Of a stretch of 32,000 nucleotides of DNA, positions 7,164 to 14,737 are shown in pieces. Made by a program: the position numbers and the translations under genes. The stretch is from Cupriavidus necator (lineage in GTDB: Bacteria > Pseudomonadota > Gammaproteobacteria > Burkholderiales > Burkholderiaceae). Position 1 is the first letter of the stretch. The number at the start of each line of letters is the position of its first letter. The notes beneath the pieces were generated by a model. The model was not told where the DNA came from. It was given only the letters and a program-made list of their open reading frames with translations, and made no database searches. The stretch is taken from positions 1,230,001 through 1,262,000 of the forward strand of contig NZ_CP066019.1 in NCBI RefSeq assembly GCF_016127575.1. The letters are read 5' to 3'.

Positions 7164-7784
7164 ATGACCAAGATCACCAAGACCCTGATTACCGCCGCCA
7201 CCCTTGCCGCCGCGCTCGCGGGCGGTGTTGCGCAAGCGGCCAGCGTGCAGGACAGCACCTTCACCGGCGACAAGTACGGCTACACCTTCCGCACCGGCAA
7301 GTTCGACACCTTCACGGAAGGCGCCCGCACCGGCAAGTTTGATCCGTTCACCGAAGGCGCGCGCGTTGGCAAGGCCGATCCCTACACCGATGGTGCCCGC
7401 GTTGGCAAGGCTGATCCCTACACCGACGGTGCCCGCACGGTAGCGGGCCTGGACCGCAGCGGTGTCTCGGCCCAACCGTCGCGCAGCTTCGACCCGTACA
7501 CCGATGGTGCCCGCGTTGGCAAGCCCGATCCCTACACCGACGGTGCCCGCACGGTAGCCGGCCTGGACCGCAGCGGTGTTTCGGCCCAACCGTCGCGCAG
7601 CTTCGACCCGTACACCGATGGTGCCCGCGTTGGCAAGCCTGATCCCTACACCGACGGTGCCCGCACGGTAGCCGGCCTGGACCGCAGCGGTGTTTCGGCC
7701 CAACCGTCGCGCAGCTTCGATCCGTACACCGACGGTGCGCGCGTGGGCAAGGCTGACCCTTATACCGACGGCGCCATCGCCTGA
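7164..7784 (+). CDS. Secreted tandem-repeat protein (206 aa), expanded paralog of 5518..5913
   Basis: Signal peptide MTKITKTLITAATLAAALAGGVAQA / ASVQ is nearly identical to copy 1. It has the same 12-aa DPYTDGAR units plus three 38-aa super-repeats. Confidence 0.85.
   Translation: MTKITKTLITAATLAAALAGGVAQAASVQDSTFTGDKYGYTFRTGKFDTFTEGARTGKFDPFTEGARVGKADPYTDGARVGKADPYTDGARTVAGLDRSGVSAQPSRSFDPYTDGARVGKPDPYTDGARTVAGLDRSGVSAQPSRSFDPYTDGARVGKPDPYTDGARTVAGLDRSGVSAQPSRSFDPYTDGARVGKADPYTDGAIA
7428..7769 (+). repeat. In-frame tandem repeat, 3 x 114 nt (38 aa: GARTVAGLDRSGVSAQPSRSFDPYTDGARVGKPDPYTD)
   Basis: Units start at 7428, 7542 and 7656. Units 1 and 2 differ at three positions by my reading, all synonymous third-codon positions. 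Unit 3 diverges in its 3' half. Confidence 0.9.
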
Positions 7785-7858
7785 GAGCCGGCCGGCGTAA
7801 TGCCGGCCATTGAAAACCGCCGGGCCGCCTGGGTGCGGCCCGTCTTCAGGAGTTGATC

Positions 7859-7960
7859 ATGCGTTGGCGTGACACTGCGCTGATCCTTGGCGGATGGGTA
7901 GGGCTTTGCTTCGCAAGCGGGTCCCTCATCACGCTGATCGCACAAACGCTGCCGGCCTGA
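7859..7960 (+). CDS. 33-aa single-pass membrane micropeptide (not in ORF track), paralog of 5989..6090
   Basis: AGGAG 7 nt upstream of the ATG. Product MRWRDTALILGGWVGLCFASGSLITLIAQTLPA. Confidence 0.7.
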   Translation: MRWRDTALILGGWVGLCFASGSLITLIAQTLPA

Positions 7961-7993
7961 ACGGCGCGGCAGCAAGACGATGGAGTTGATGCC

Positions 7994-8581
7994 ATGAACA
8001 CCCGATCCGTACGCGAGCAACTGGTCGAACATGCGCTGGTGCTGATCCGCCGCAGGGGGTTCAATGGCTTCAGCTACCGCGACCTGGCCGACCTGGTCGG
8101 GGTCAAGACCTCGAGCATCCACTATTACTTCCCGTCCAAGGACGACCTGGTGCTGGCAGCGGTGCGCGAATACGGCACCCGCAGGCGGGCGCGCCTGGAT
8201 GCGATCGACGCCAGCCTGCCGCCCGCGGAGCAGGCGCGGCAATACCTTGCGCCTTTGCGCGCGGGTGCCGGCACCGACCAGGCTTGCCTGGTGGGCATGC
8301 TGTCGGCCGACGTGCTGATGCTGCCGGACGCGGTGCGCGCCGCGATGCAGGACTTTATCCGGCTCAATGAGCAATGGCTGGCCAGCTTGTTCGAGCGCGC
8401 CGCGGCGCAGCGCAAGTCGCCCTATCCGATTCCGCCGCAGCAGCTGGCGCAGGTGGTGTTCGGGGCGTTGCAGAACGGCTTGATCAGTGCGCGGCTGTTT
8501 GGCACGCCGGACCGGCTCGATGCCGCGGCGGCGCTGCTGACCAGCGCCATGCCGGCGGAGCAGGCCTTAGCCGCCGCTTAG
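7994..8581 (+). CDS. TetR/AcrR-family transcriptional regulator (copy 2)
   Basis: GGAG RBS. The HTH FSYRDLADLVGVKTSSIHYYFPSKDDLV is almost identical to copy 1, while the C-terminal half is clearly diverged. Confidence 0.9.
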   Translation: MNTRSVREQLVEHALVLIRRRGFNGFSYRDLADLVGVKTSSIHYYFPSKDDLVLAAVREYGTRRRARLDAIDASLPPAEQARQYLAPLRAGAGTDQACLVGMLSADVLMLPDAVRAAMQDFIRLNEQWLASLFERAAAQRKSPYPIPPQQLAQVVFGALQNGLISARLFGTPDRLDAAAALLTSAMPAEQALAAA

Positions 8582-9328
8582 TGTCAGTATCACCGAGCCG
8601 GCGACGGCATTGCACAGCCACTGCGGGTCATCGTGGGGCAGGTCATGCCCGGCCCAGTGGTGCGTCAGCAACTGCGCGTCCCAGGCTTGCGCGATGCGCG
8701 CCGAGCACACCGGGTTGACCAGGCGGTCTGCCGCCGAGGCAAGCAGCAGCGCCGGGCAGCGCGGCGCACTGGCGGGAGCGCGATAGCGGGCAGCGGCCAG
8801 CAACTGTGCCAGCGCGGCTTGGCGGCTCACCGGCGCGTCGGCGGCAATGGCCTGCCAGGTCTCGAGATCGCGTGCCAGCGTATCGGTGCGGGCACAGGTG
8901 ATGGCATGGATGGTCCGCTCGCAGTACGCGCGGTCCTGCCAGCGCTGCGCCACGCGCAGCAGCTTGCCCCAGTTGCGCGGCCGCAGGCGCTGTGCGGGCG
9001 TGCAGAACGGCCGCATGCTGGTATTGACCAGCACCAGGCCGCCGACTTCCTCCGGATAGGCGCTGGCCCACTCGGTCGCGGCCATCGCACCCAGCGACAT
9101 CGCCAGCACGCGGTAGGGGCCGTGCGCGCCGGTGGCCGACAACTGGCGCCGCACCGCGGTGACCATCTCAGGCACGCTCCACGGCGCCGGCTGCGCCGAC
9201 AGCGCGCCGTTGCCGGGCAGGTCGGGCAGCAGCGGCCGGCCCAGCCCGGCCGCTTCCCAACGCGCCGGCAGGCTTCCCCAGTGGCGCGATTCCCGCGTCA
9301 GTCCCCGCAAGAATACCCATCGGCTCAT
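8567..9328 (-). CDS. Alpha/beta hydrolase
   Basis: AMSLGA nucleophile elbow and a C-terminal WAGHDLPHDDP (His) motif. Its start overlaps the upstream stop (ATGA). Confidence 0.8.
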   Translation of the reverse strand: MSRWVFLRGLTRESRHWGSLPARWEAAGLGRPLLPDLPGNGALSAQPAPWSVPEMVTAVRRQLSATGAHGPYRVLAMSLGAMAATEWASAYPEEVGGLVLVNTSMRPFCTPAQRLRPRNWGKLLRVAQRWQDRAYCERTIHAITCARTDTLARDLETWQAIAADAPVSRQAALAQLLAAARYRAPASAPRCPALLLASAADRLVNPVCSARIAQAWDAQLLTHHWAGHDLPHDDPQWLCNAVAGSVILTLSGG

Positions 9329-10347
9329 GGCGGCGGCTCCGTCTGCCAGTGTGCGCGTGCCTGCAGCAGCAGGTCGTCACGCTGCGCGCCGCGCGGCCGC
9401 CAGCGATCCGGCGCAAAGGCCACGCGGCCCAGGAAGTCGAACAGGCTCACGTGCCGGCGCAGCACGCGCGCGGTGCGGTGCGCCTTGATCGGGTTGAAGA
9501 TGCCCTCGCGCGAGAACAGCTGGCGCGGGTTCTTCTTGATCCACAGCCACGAGCCCAGTTCCAGCGTCATCGGCAGGAACAGGTTGCCGTGCGGCGTCAG
9601 GTCATAGGCATGGTCCCACAGGTCGCCGTGCAGCAGGTACTGGTGGCTTTGCGGCTCGAAGGTGTAGCCGTGGTGCGGGTGGGCCTGCTCGAACAGCGTC
9701 TTGAGCAGGTACATCTCGGGCAGGTGCGCCATCGGCCGGCGCGTGCCCGCGTACGGAAACCAGATACTGTCGCGCCAGCCGTAGCCTGAATGGCAGTCCA
9801 CCGCAAAGCTGAGCGGGCGCGGCAGCAGTTCTTCCTGCACCACGCGCAGCAGCGCGCGGCTTTCCGCTTCCATCGGCGCGCCCGCCGGGCCGCGGTACCA
9901 GGGCAGCCAGGCGCCGATGCGCTGGCCGCCGGCCAGGAAGGGCACACGCGCATCGGCGTCCTGCGGGCCATTGCGCATCAGGTCGACGCCGTTGGGGTTG
10001 GCGCGGGTGCCGGCCCACATGCCGCCGGGGTTGACGATCGGCATGAATACCAGCCGCACCGACTGCAGTTCGCGGTGCAGCAGCTCGTCCCACGCCAGCC
10101 GGCTCAGCACCGAGCGCAGGTAGTCCAGCACCAGCTGCGTGCCGATGCGTTCCAGCCCGTGGATGCCGCCGAAGATGCCGATCGCCGGCGCGCCCGGATC
10201 GCGGCTGCCGAGCGTGGCGACATGGACGCCGAAGCGATGGCCCTGCACCATGGTTTCGCAGACCACCCGCGTATCCAGCACGTGGCTGCCCGTATCCAGC
10301 AAGGCCAGCAGCTGGTCGTACTCGGGGAAGCCGGCGTGCGGATGCAT
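9325..10347 (-). CDS. M14-family zinc carboxypeptidase-like protein
   Basis: Internal start MHPHAGFPEYD of track ORF 9325..10461, lying 4 nt after the upstream stop. It has an HxxE zinc motif in GGIHGLERIG, plus NPNGVDLMRN and AVDCHSGYG motifs. Confidence 0.75.
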   Translation of the reverse strand: MHPHAGFPEYDQLLALLDTGSHVLDTRVVCETMVQGHRFGVHVATLGSRDPGAPAIGIFGGIHGLERIGTQLVLDYLRSVLSRLAWDELLHRELQSVRLVFMPIVNPGGMWAGTRANPNGVDLMRNGPQDADARVPFLAGGQRIGAWLPWYRGPAGAPMEAESRALLRVVQEELLPRPLSFAVDCHSGYGWRDSIWFPYAGTRRPMAHLPEMYLLKTLFEQAHPHHGYTFEPQSHQYLLHGDLWDHAYDLTPHGNLFLPMTLELGSWLWIKKNPRQLFSREGIFNPIKAHRTARVLRRHVSLFDFLGRVAFAPDRWRPRGAQRDDLLLQARAHWQTEPPP

Positions 10348-10351
10348 GGGC

Positions 10352-11053
10352 TCAGGCGGTCGGCACGCCGGCCGTGCCGAACAGGTGCAAGACCGGCCAG
10401 CCGCGTGCCTCGGCCGCGTCCCGCAGCGTCGAATCCGGATTGACGGCGACCGGGTGGCCAACGCTTTCTAGCAGCGGCAGATCGTTGCGGGAGTCGCTAT
10501 AGAAGGTGGCCTGTGCCAGCGCCGTGTGCGCAATGCCCAGCGTGTCGAGCCACGCCAGCACGCGCAGCACCTTGCCAGGCCCAAAGGCCGGCACGCCGGC
10601 CAGCGCGCCGGTGAACTCGCCGTGCGCATCGTGTTCCGCCTCCACCGCCAGCAGGTGCGGCACGCCCAGCTGGCGCGCGATCGGCTCGGTGACAAAACGG
10701 CAGGTGGCGGTGACGATGCAGCACAGGTCGCCGGCGGAGAGGTGGCGGGCCAGCAGGTCGCGCGCCGCCGGCTGGATGGCGGGCACGATCACTTTGCGCA
10801 TGAAGTCCGCGCGCCACTGCGTCAGTCGTTCACGCGGATGGCGCGCCAGCAGGCCCAGGGCAAAGCGCGCATGGGCGGCAAAGTCCAGCCGCCCCGCCTG
10901 GTAGGCCGCCAGCCAGCGCGTGTTGTGCGCATCGATTTCGGCAGCCTCGGCGCCGCCCACGGCAACGAGGTAGCGAGCCCATTCATACTCGCTGTCGAGC
11001 GGCAGCAGGGTGTGGTCGAGGTCAAACAGGGCGAGGCGGGGGGCAGCGGGCAT
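10352..11053 (-). CDS. HAD-IB family hydrolase (SerB-like phosphatase)
   Basis: Internal start MPAAPRLALFDLDHTLL (DxDxT motif I) of track ORF 10352..11284. It has the late motif YSDSRNDLPLL. Confidence 0.8.
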   Translation of the reverse strand: MPAAPRLALFDLDHTLLPLDSEYEWARYLVAVGGAEAAEIDAHNTRWLAAYQAGRLDFAAHARFALGLLARHPRERLTQWRADFMRKVIVPAIQPAARDLLARHLSAGDLCCIVTATCRFVTEPIARQLGVPHLLAVEAEHDAHGEFTGALAGVPAFGPGKVLRVLAWLDTLGIAHTALAQATFYSDSRNDLPLLESVGHPVAVNPDSTLRDAAEARGWPVLHLFGTAGVPTA

Positions 11054-11177
11054 GCGGGATAGCTCAGTTGGCGAAACCGGCAAGCTTGGCGCGGCGTGGT
11101 GACCGCGCGGTGATGAAGGACCCAAGTTTTCCGATACCGGCATTGGCGCTTTACCTTGCGCGGCAGGCATGCGGGTG

Positions 11178-12065
11178 TCAGGCGGCGTGAGTGGCGGCGG
11201 TCGGCTCGTCCAGCGCCACGCAGTCCAGGAAGGCGCCGACCAGCCGGGTCTCGCGCCGGCTCTGCAGGCAGTATAGGTATTCATGCAGCACCGGCGCGCC
11301 TTGTGCGAACGGCACCACGCGCAGCAGCGGGTCGCGTGGCACCTCGCCCAGCGGCACCACGCTGGCGCCCAGGCCCTGGCGGATGGCCTCGTAGATGGCC
11401 TCGCGGCTGCCGATCACGGTGTGCGGCGGCAGTTCCAGCCCGCACGCGGCCAGTGCCGTCTCGGTGGCCTTGCGCGTCATCGAGCCGTGCTCGCGCACCA
11501 GCAGGTGGCAGCCGCGCAGTTGCGGCAGCTCGACCTGCGCCAGCCGCGCCAGCGCATGGTCCGGATGGGCCACCAGCACCATCGGGTCCGTCGCCAGCCG
11601 GATGCAGGCAAGCCGGTCGTCGTCCACCGGGTGCGACGATACCGCGGCGTCGATGCGGTACTCGAACAGCGCCTCCAGCATCTGCTGCGAATTGCCGATG
11701 TCCAGGCTCACGTCGATCGCCGGGTAGCGCTGCCGGAACGCCGCCATCGTGCGCAGGATGTAGTAGGGGCCGGTGGCGCCGATGCGCAGGTTGCCGAAGC
11801 GCAGGTTGCCGGCGTTGCGCAGCAGGTAGTCGGCATTGCCTTCCTGCTGCATCAGCTGCTCGACCACCGGCATCAGCGCCACGCCCACGTCGCTCAGGTC
11901 GACGCGGCTGGCGCGGCGGTGGAACAGCTCAACGCCGTAGGTCTCTTCCAGCTGGCGGATGCGGCCGGTGACGGTGGGCTGGCTGATGCGCAGCTGCCTG
12001 GCCGCCATGGTGATGCTGCCCTGGCGCGCCACTTCGAAAAAGGTCATCAGCAGGTCGCCGAGCAT
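11178..12065 (-). CDS. LysR-family transcriptional regulator
   Basis: N-terminal wHTH FEVARQGSITMAARQLRISQPTVTGRIRQLEE. Length is 295 aa. Confidence 0.9.
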   Translation of the reverse strand: MLGDLLMTFFEVARQGSITMAARQLRISQPTVTGRIRQLEETYGVELFHRRASRVDLSDVGVALMPVVEQLMQQEGNADYLLRNAGNLRFGNLRIGATGPYYILRTMAAFRQRYPAIDVSLDIGNSQQMLEALFEYRIDAAVSSHPVDDDRLACIRLATDPMVLVAHPDHALARLAQVELPQLRGCHLLVREHGSMTRKATETALAACGLELPPHTVIGSREAIYEAIRQGLGASVVPLGEVPRDPLLRVVPFAQGAPVLHEYLYCLQSRRETRLVGAFLDCVALDEPTAATHAA

Positions 12066-12140
12066 GGTTATCCGCAGGAAAGTTGGGGGGCAGCCCGGAC
12101 AGGTCCCGGACGACCGCGCAGTCTAGCGGGCCAATATGAC

Positions 12141-12185
12141 AAAACGGCTACGCCCGCCCGCGGCCGGAGCGGCCGGGGGCGGGCG
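12141..12185 (-). terminator. Strong GC hairpin downstream of the phospholipase C gene (probable terminator)
   Basis: CGCCCGCCC ... GGGCGGGCG outer stem with an inner CGGCCG-GAG-CGGCCG. On the minus strand it is followed, 6 nt later, by TTTT. Confidence 0.5.
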
Positions 12186-12213
12186 CAGCGCTGCCCGTCA
12201 GGCGACTTGCGCG

Positions 12214-14370
12214 TCAGCCGTTGAGGCCCATCGCCGGATCGGACACGCTGTCCTTGCCGGTCTCGATGCGGCCGGCGAAGCGGCGCGTGAAGCCGCCTTG
12301 CGCGGTGGTGACGGTGAAGTCGTACCAGTTGCCCTGGCGGGCCACGGGCCAGTGCTGCTGCAGCTGCATGCCGGCCGGCACCTCGTAGGTCCATGGACCG
12401 TCGGTGCGGTAGGCGTTAGGCTGCACGGTGAAGGTGCAGGGGGCGCTGCCGGTGTTGATCATGTCCACGTACACCGCGGCATTGGCGATGTCATAGCAGA
12501 CCCGGATCTCCGGCGCGCTGGCACCCGCCGCAGTCACGGCCCCCACGTTGCCGCGGAAGGCGCGGTGGAAGCCGTTGGGGCCAAGCACCCACAGGTCGTA
12601 CTTGCCGTCGTCGCTGGCAAAGACGTCCCAGCTGCCATGCAGTTCCTTGCCCGGCTCGACCATGTAGCGGCGCGGCACGCGGTCCAGGTGCAGGCGGTCG
12701 TAGACGTGGAACACCGCCGCCGCGGTGCCGGTGTTGCTGAACAGCAGCCACACCGCGCGCTGGTCGCGGGCGTCTTCGCGGGCGCTTACGTGCAGCTCAT
12801 AGGGCAGGGCGCGCGACGGGCGCGTGCCGGTGTCCTGCTGCGGCATCTGCTGGCTGCTGGCCGAAGGCAGCGGCACTTGCGGCAGCACGCCTTGCGCGGT
12901 GCGGATGGCATCGGCGCTGGCCTTGTCGCGGTTGGGCAGCGTGGGCAGCGGGTTGGTGTTCGGGCTGACGAAGTTGAAGGCCGAGGTCAGGTCGCCCGCC
13001 ACCGCGCGGCGGAAGCTGCTGATATTGGTCTCGGCCACGCCAAAGCGGGCTTCCAGGAAGCGCAGCACCGAGGTGTGGTCGGACACCTGCGAGTTGACCC
13101 AGCCGCCGCGGCTCCATGGCGAGACCACGTACATCGGCACGCGCGGGCCGGGGCCGTAGGGGCGCTTGTCGACGTGGTACTCCGGCCTGACCTGTTGCGG
13201 GTCGAGCGTGGTGGCGCCGGCCAGCGTGTCGCCGTCGTAGGCGGGCGCGCACGGCGGCGGCACGTGGTCGAAGTAGCCGTCGTTCTCGTCGAAGTTGATC
13301 AGCAGCACGGTCTTGCTCCAGACCGCCGGGTTGGCGGTCAGGGCATTCAGCACCTCTTGCGTATACCACGCGCCCTGTACCGGGCTGGAAGGCCCGGGGT
13401 GCTCCGAGTACGTCGCCGGCGCCACGATCCACGACACCTGCGGCAGCTTGCCCGCGGCAACGTCGTCGCGCAGCGATTGCAGGAAGCCGCCGTCAGGCAT
13501 GGTGTTGGCCACGCCCTTGAGCAGCGGGCTGATGGCGTCGTCGGCGCTGGTGTATGCCGGGTAGGGGCTGCCGTTGGCCTGGTTGCCGCGCGCGGCGTTG
13601 GCGTCGCGGTATTGCTTGAAGCCCGCAAGCGGGTTGTCGGTGAAGTTGTCCGGCATGTTCTGGTAGACCTTCCAGCTCACGCCGGCGGCTTCCAGGCGCT
13701 CCGGGTAGGTCTTCCAGGTGTAGGCCGGGGCCGACCCCGTGAACGAGTCGCCGCTGTTGTCGATCACCGGCCCGCCGTTGGCGCCGCCGGGGTCGTTGGT
13801 GCCGGTCCAGTGGAACAGGCGGTTGGAGTTGGTGCCGCCGTGGAAGCTGCAATGGTAGGCGTCGCAGACGGTGAAGGCATTGGCCAGCGCCACCTGGAAG
13901 TCCAGCTCGGCCTCGGTGTAGTAGCCCATCGACTGGGTCTGCTTGTAGGTGGGCCACTTGTTCATGCGGCCCAGGTCCCAGGCGTTCTGCGCATCCGGGT
14001 ACGAGTGCGGCGTGCCGCTGACGCGCTGCGCGTTGCCGGCGCTGCTGTCGAGGTGGTAGGGCAGCACGGTGCGGGTGGTGCTGCCGTTGGTATAGGTCTG
14101 CTGCCAGACGTTCAGGCCGCCCGCCAGCGGGATCGGGAAGCGGTCGCCAAAGCCGCGCACGCCGCGCAGCGTGCCGAAGTAATTGTCGAACGAGCGGTTT
14201 TCCTGCATCAGGATGACCACGTGCTCGACGTCGCGTATGGTACCGGTGGCGTTGTTGGCCGGGATTGCCAGCGCGCGGCGGATGGACGGCGGGAAGGCCG
14301 CCAGCGCGGCGGTGGCGGCGGCGCTGCCGCCGGCGAGTTTGAGGAAGTTGCGTCTGCTTTGCGGGTTCAT
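12214..14370 (-). CDS. plcN: Phosphocholine-specific (non-hemolytic type) phospholipase C / phosphoesterase-family protein, Tat-exported
   Basis: Twin-arginine signal MNPQSRRNFLKLAGGSAAATAALAA. It has the phosphoesterase hallmark MQENRSFDNYFGTLRGVRGF. Length is about 718 aa with a duplicated C-terminal domain architecture. Confidence 0.85.
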   Translation of the reverse strand: MNPQSRRNFLKLAGGSAAATAALAAFPPSIRRALAIPANNATGTIRDVEHVVILMQENRSFDNYFGTLRGVRGFGDRFPIPLAGGLNVWQQTYTNGSTTRTVLPYHLDSSAGNAQRVSGTPHSYPDAQNAWDLGRMNKWPTYKQTQSMGYYTEAELDFQVALANAFTVCDAYHCSFHGGTNSNRLFHWTGTNDPGGANGGPVIDNSGDSFTGSAPAYTWKTYPERLEAAGVSWKVYQNMPDNFTDNPLAGFKQYRDANAARGNQANGSPYPAYTSADDAISPLLKGVANTMPDGGFLQSLRDDVAAGKLPQVSWIVAPATYSEHPGPSSPVQGAWYTQEVLNALTANPAVWSKTVLLINFDENDGYFDHVPPPCAPAYDGDTLAGATTLDPQQVRPEYHVDKRPYGPGPRVPMYVVSPWSRGGWVNSQVSDHTSVLRFLEARFGVAETNISSFRRAVAGDLTSAFNFVSPNTNPLPTLPNRDKASADAIRTAQGVLPQVPLPSASSQQMPQQDTGTRPSRALPYELHVSAREDARDQRAVWLLFSNTGTAAAVFHVYDRLHLDRVPRRYMVEPGKELHGSWDVFASDDGKYDLWVLGPNGFHRAFRGNVGAVTAAGASAPEIRVCYDIANAAVYVDMINTGSAPCTFTVQPNAYRTDGPWTYEVPAGMQLQQHWPVARQGNWYDFTVTTAQGGFTRRFAGRIETGKDSVSDPAMGLNG

Positions 14371-14419
14371 GGATTCTGTGCCGGGTGGTTTCTGGAGGGG
14401 AGACGGGCCAGGCCCGGCT

Positions 14420-14653
14420 TCAGGGTGCGCAGCGCAGCTGCGGCTTCACGGCGGGCGTCTCGCCAGGCTGGTCGCTGCCATTCCCCTGGCCGGGGTTGCC
14501 GCCGGTACCCGGGGCACCCGGCGTGATCGGTGCCGCGTTGGGCGAGCCGGTGGGGCTGTCGCCGGAGTCGCCGCCGCAGGCGGCGAGCGCTGCGCACATC
14601 AGCACGGCGGCGAGCCAGTGCGGCCGCGCCAGGGTGGAAGGTCGGAAAGTCAT
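14420..14653 (-). CDS. Small Gly/Pro-rich lipoprotein (77 aa)
   Basis: AGGAGA RBS. Lipobox LAAC-GGDSGDS follows a hydrophobic signal. The mature part is low-complexity. Confidence 0.55.
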   Translation of the reverse strand: MTFRPSTLARPHWLAAVLMCAALAACGGDSGDSPTGSPNAAPITPGAPGTGGNPGQGNGSDQPGETPAVKPQLRCAP

Positions 14654-14737
14654 GGTGTCAATCTCCTGCAGGGGATCGGGCGGGGGGGAAGGGTCGGTGA
14701 GGAACCCGTTCCGTGACGAAACGGGCTCCGGCCGGAT

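Noticed and set aside
5518-7784. The repeat proteins as multi-core RiPP precursors (repeated 12-aa cores flanked by R/K).
   Set aside because: No modifying enzyme, protease or ABC exporter is adjacent. A standard Sec signal with an AQA/A cleavage site argues for an ordinary exported protein. It is kept only as a remote alternative.
9325-10461. N-terminally extended versions of several track ORFs: 9325..10461, 10352..11284, 25734..27383, 24722..25783, 2885..3946, 3667..4029, 19028..20512, 20537..22132, 22071..23690, 23360..24547 and 17839..19089.
   Set aside because: The extensions are Arg/Pro-rich, overlap the upstream gene or intergenic DNA, and lack an SD. Internal starts give canonical family N-termini, proper SD sequences or tight start/stop coupling.
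11054-11071. GCGGGATAGCTCAGTTGG, which looks like the acceptor and D-arm start of a tRNA.
   Set aside because: The downstream sequence lacks the rest of the D-arm (TAGAGC), an anticodon stem and a GGTTCGA T-arm. No cloverleaf can be drawn. It overlaps the 5' end of the HAD gene and is probably a chance match.
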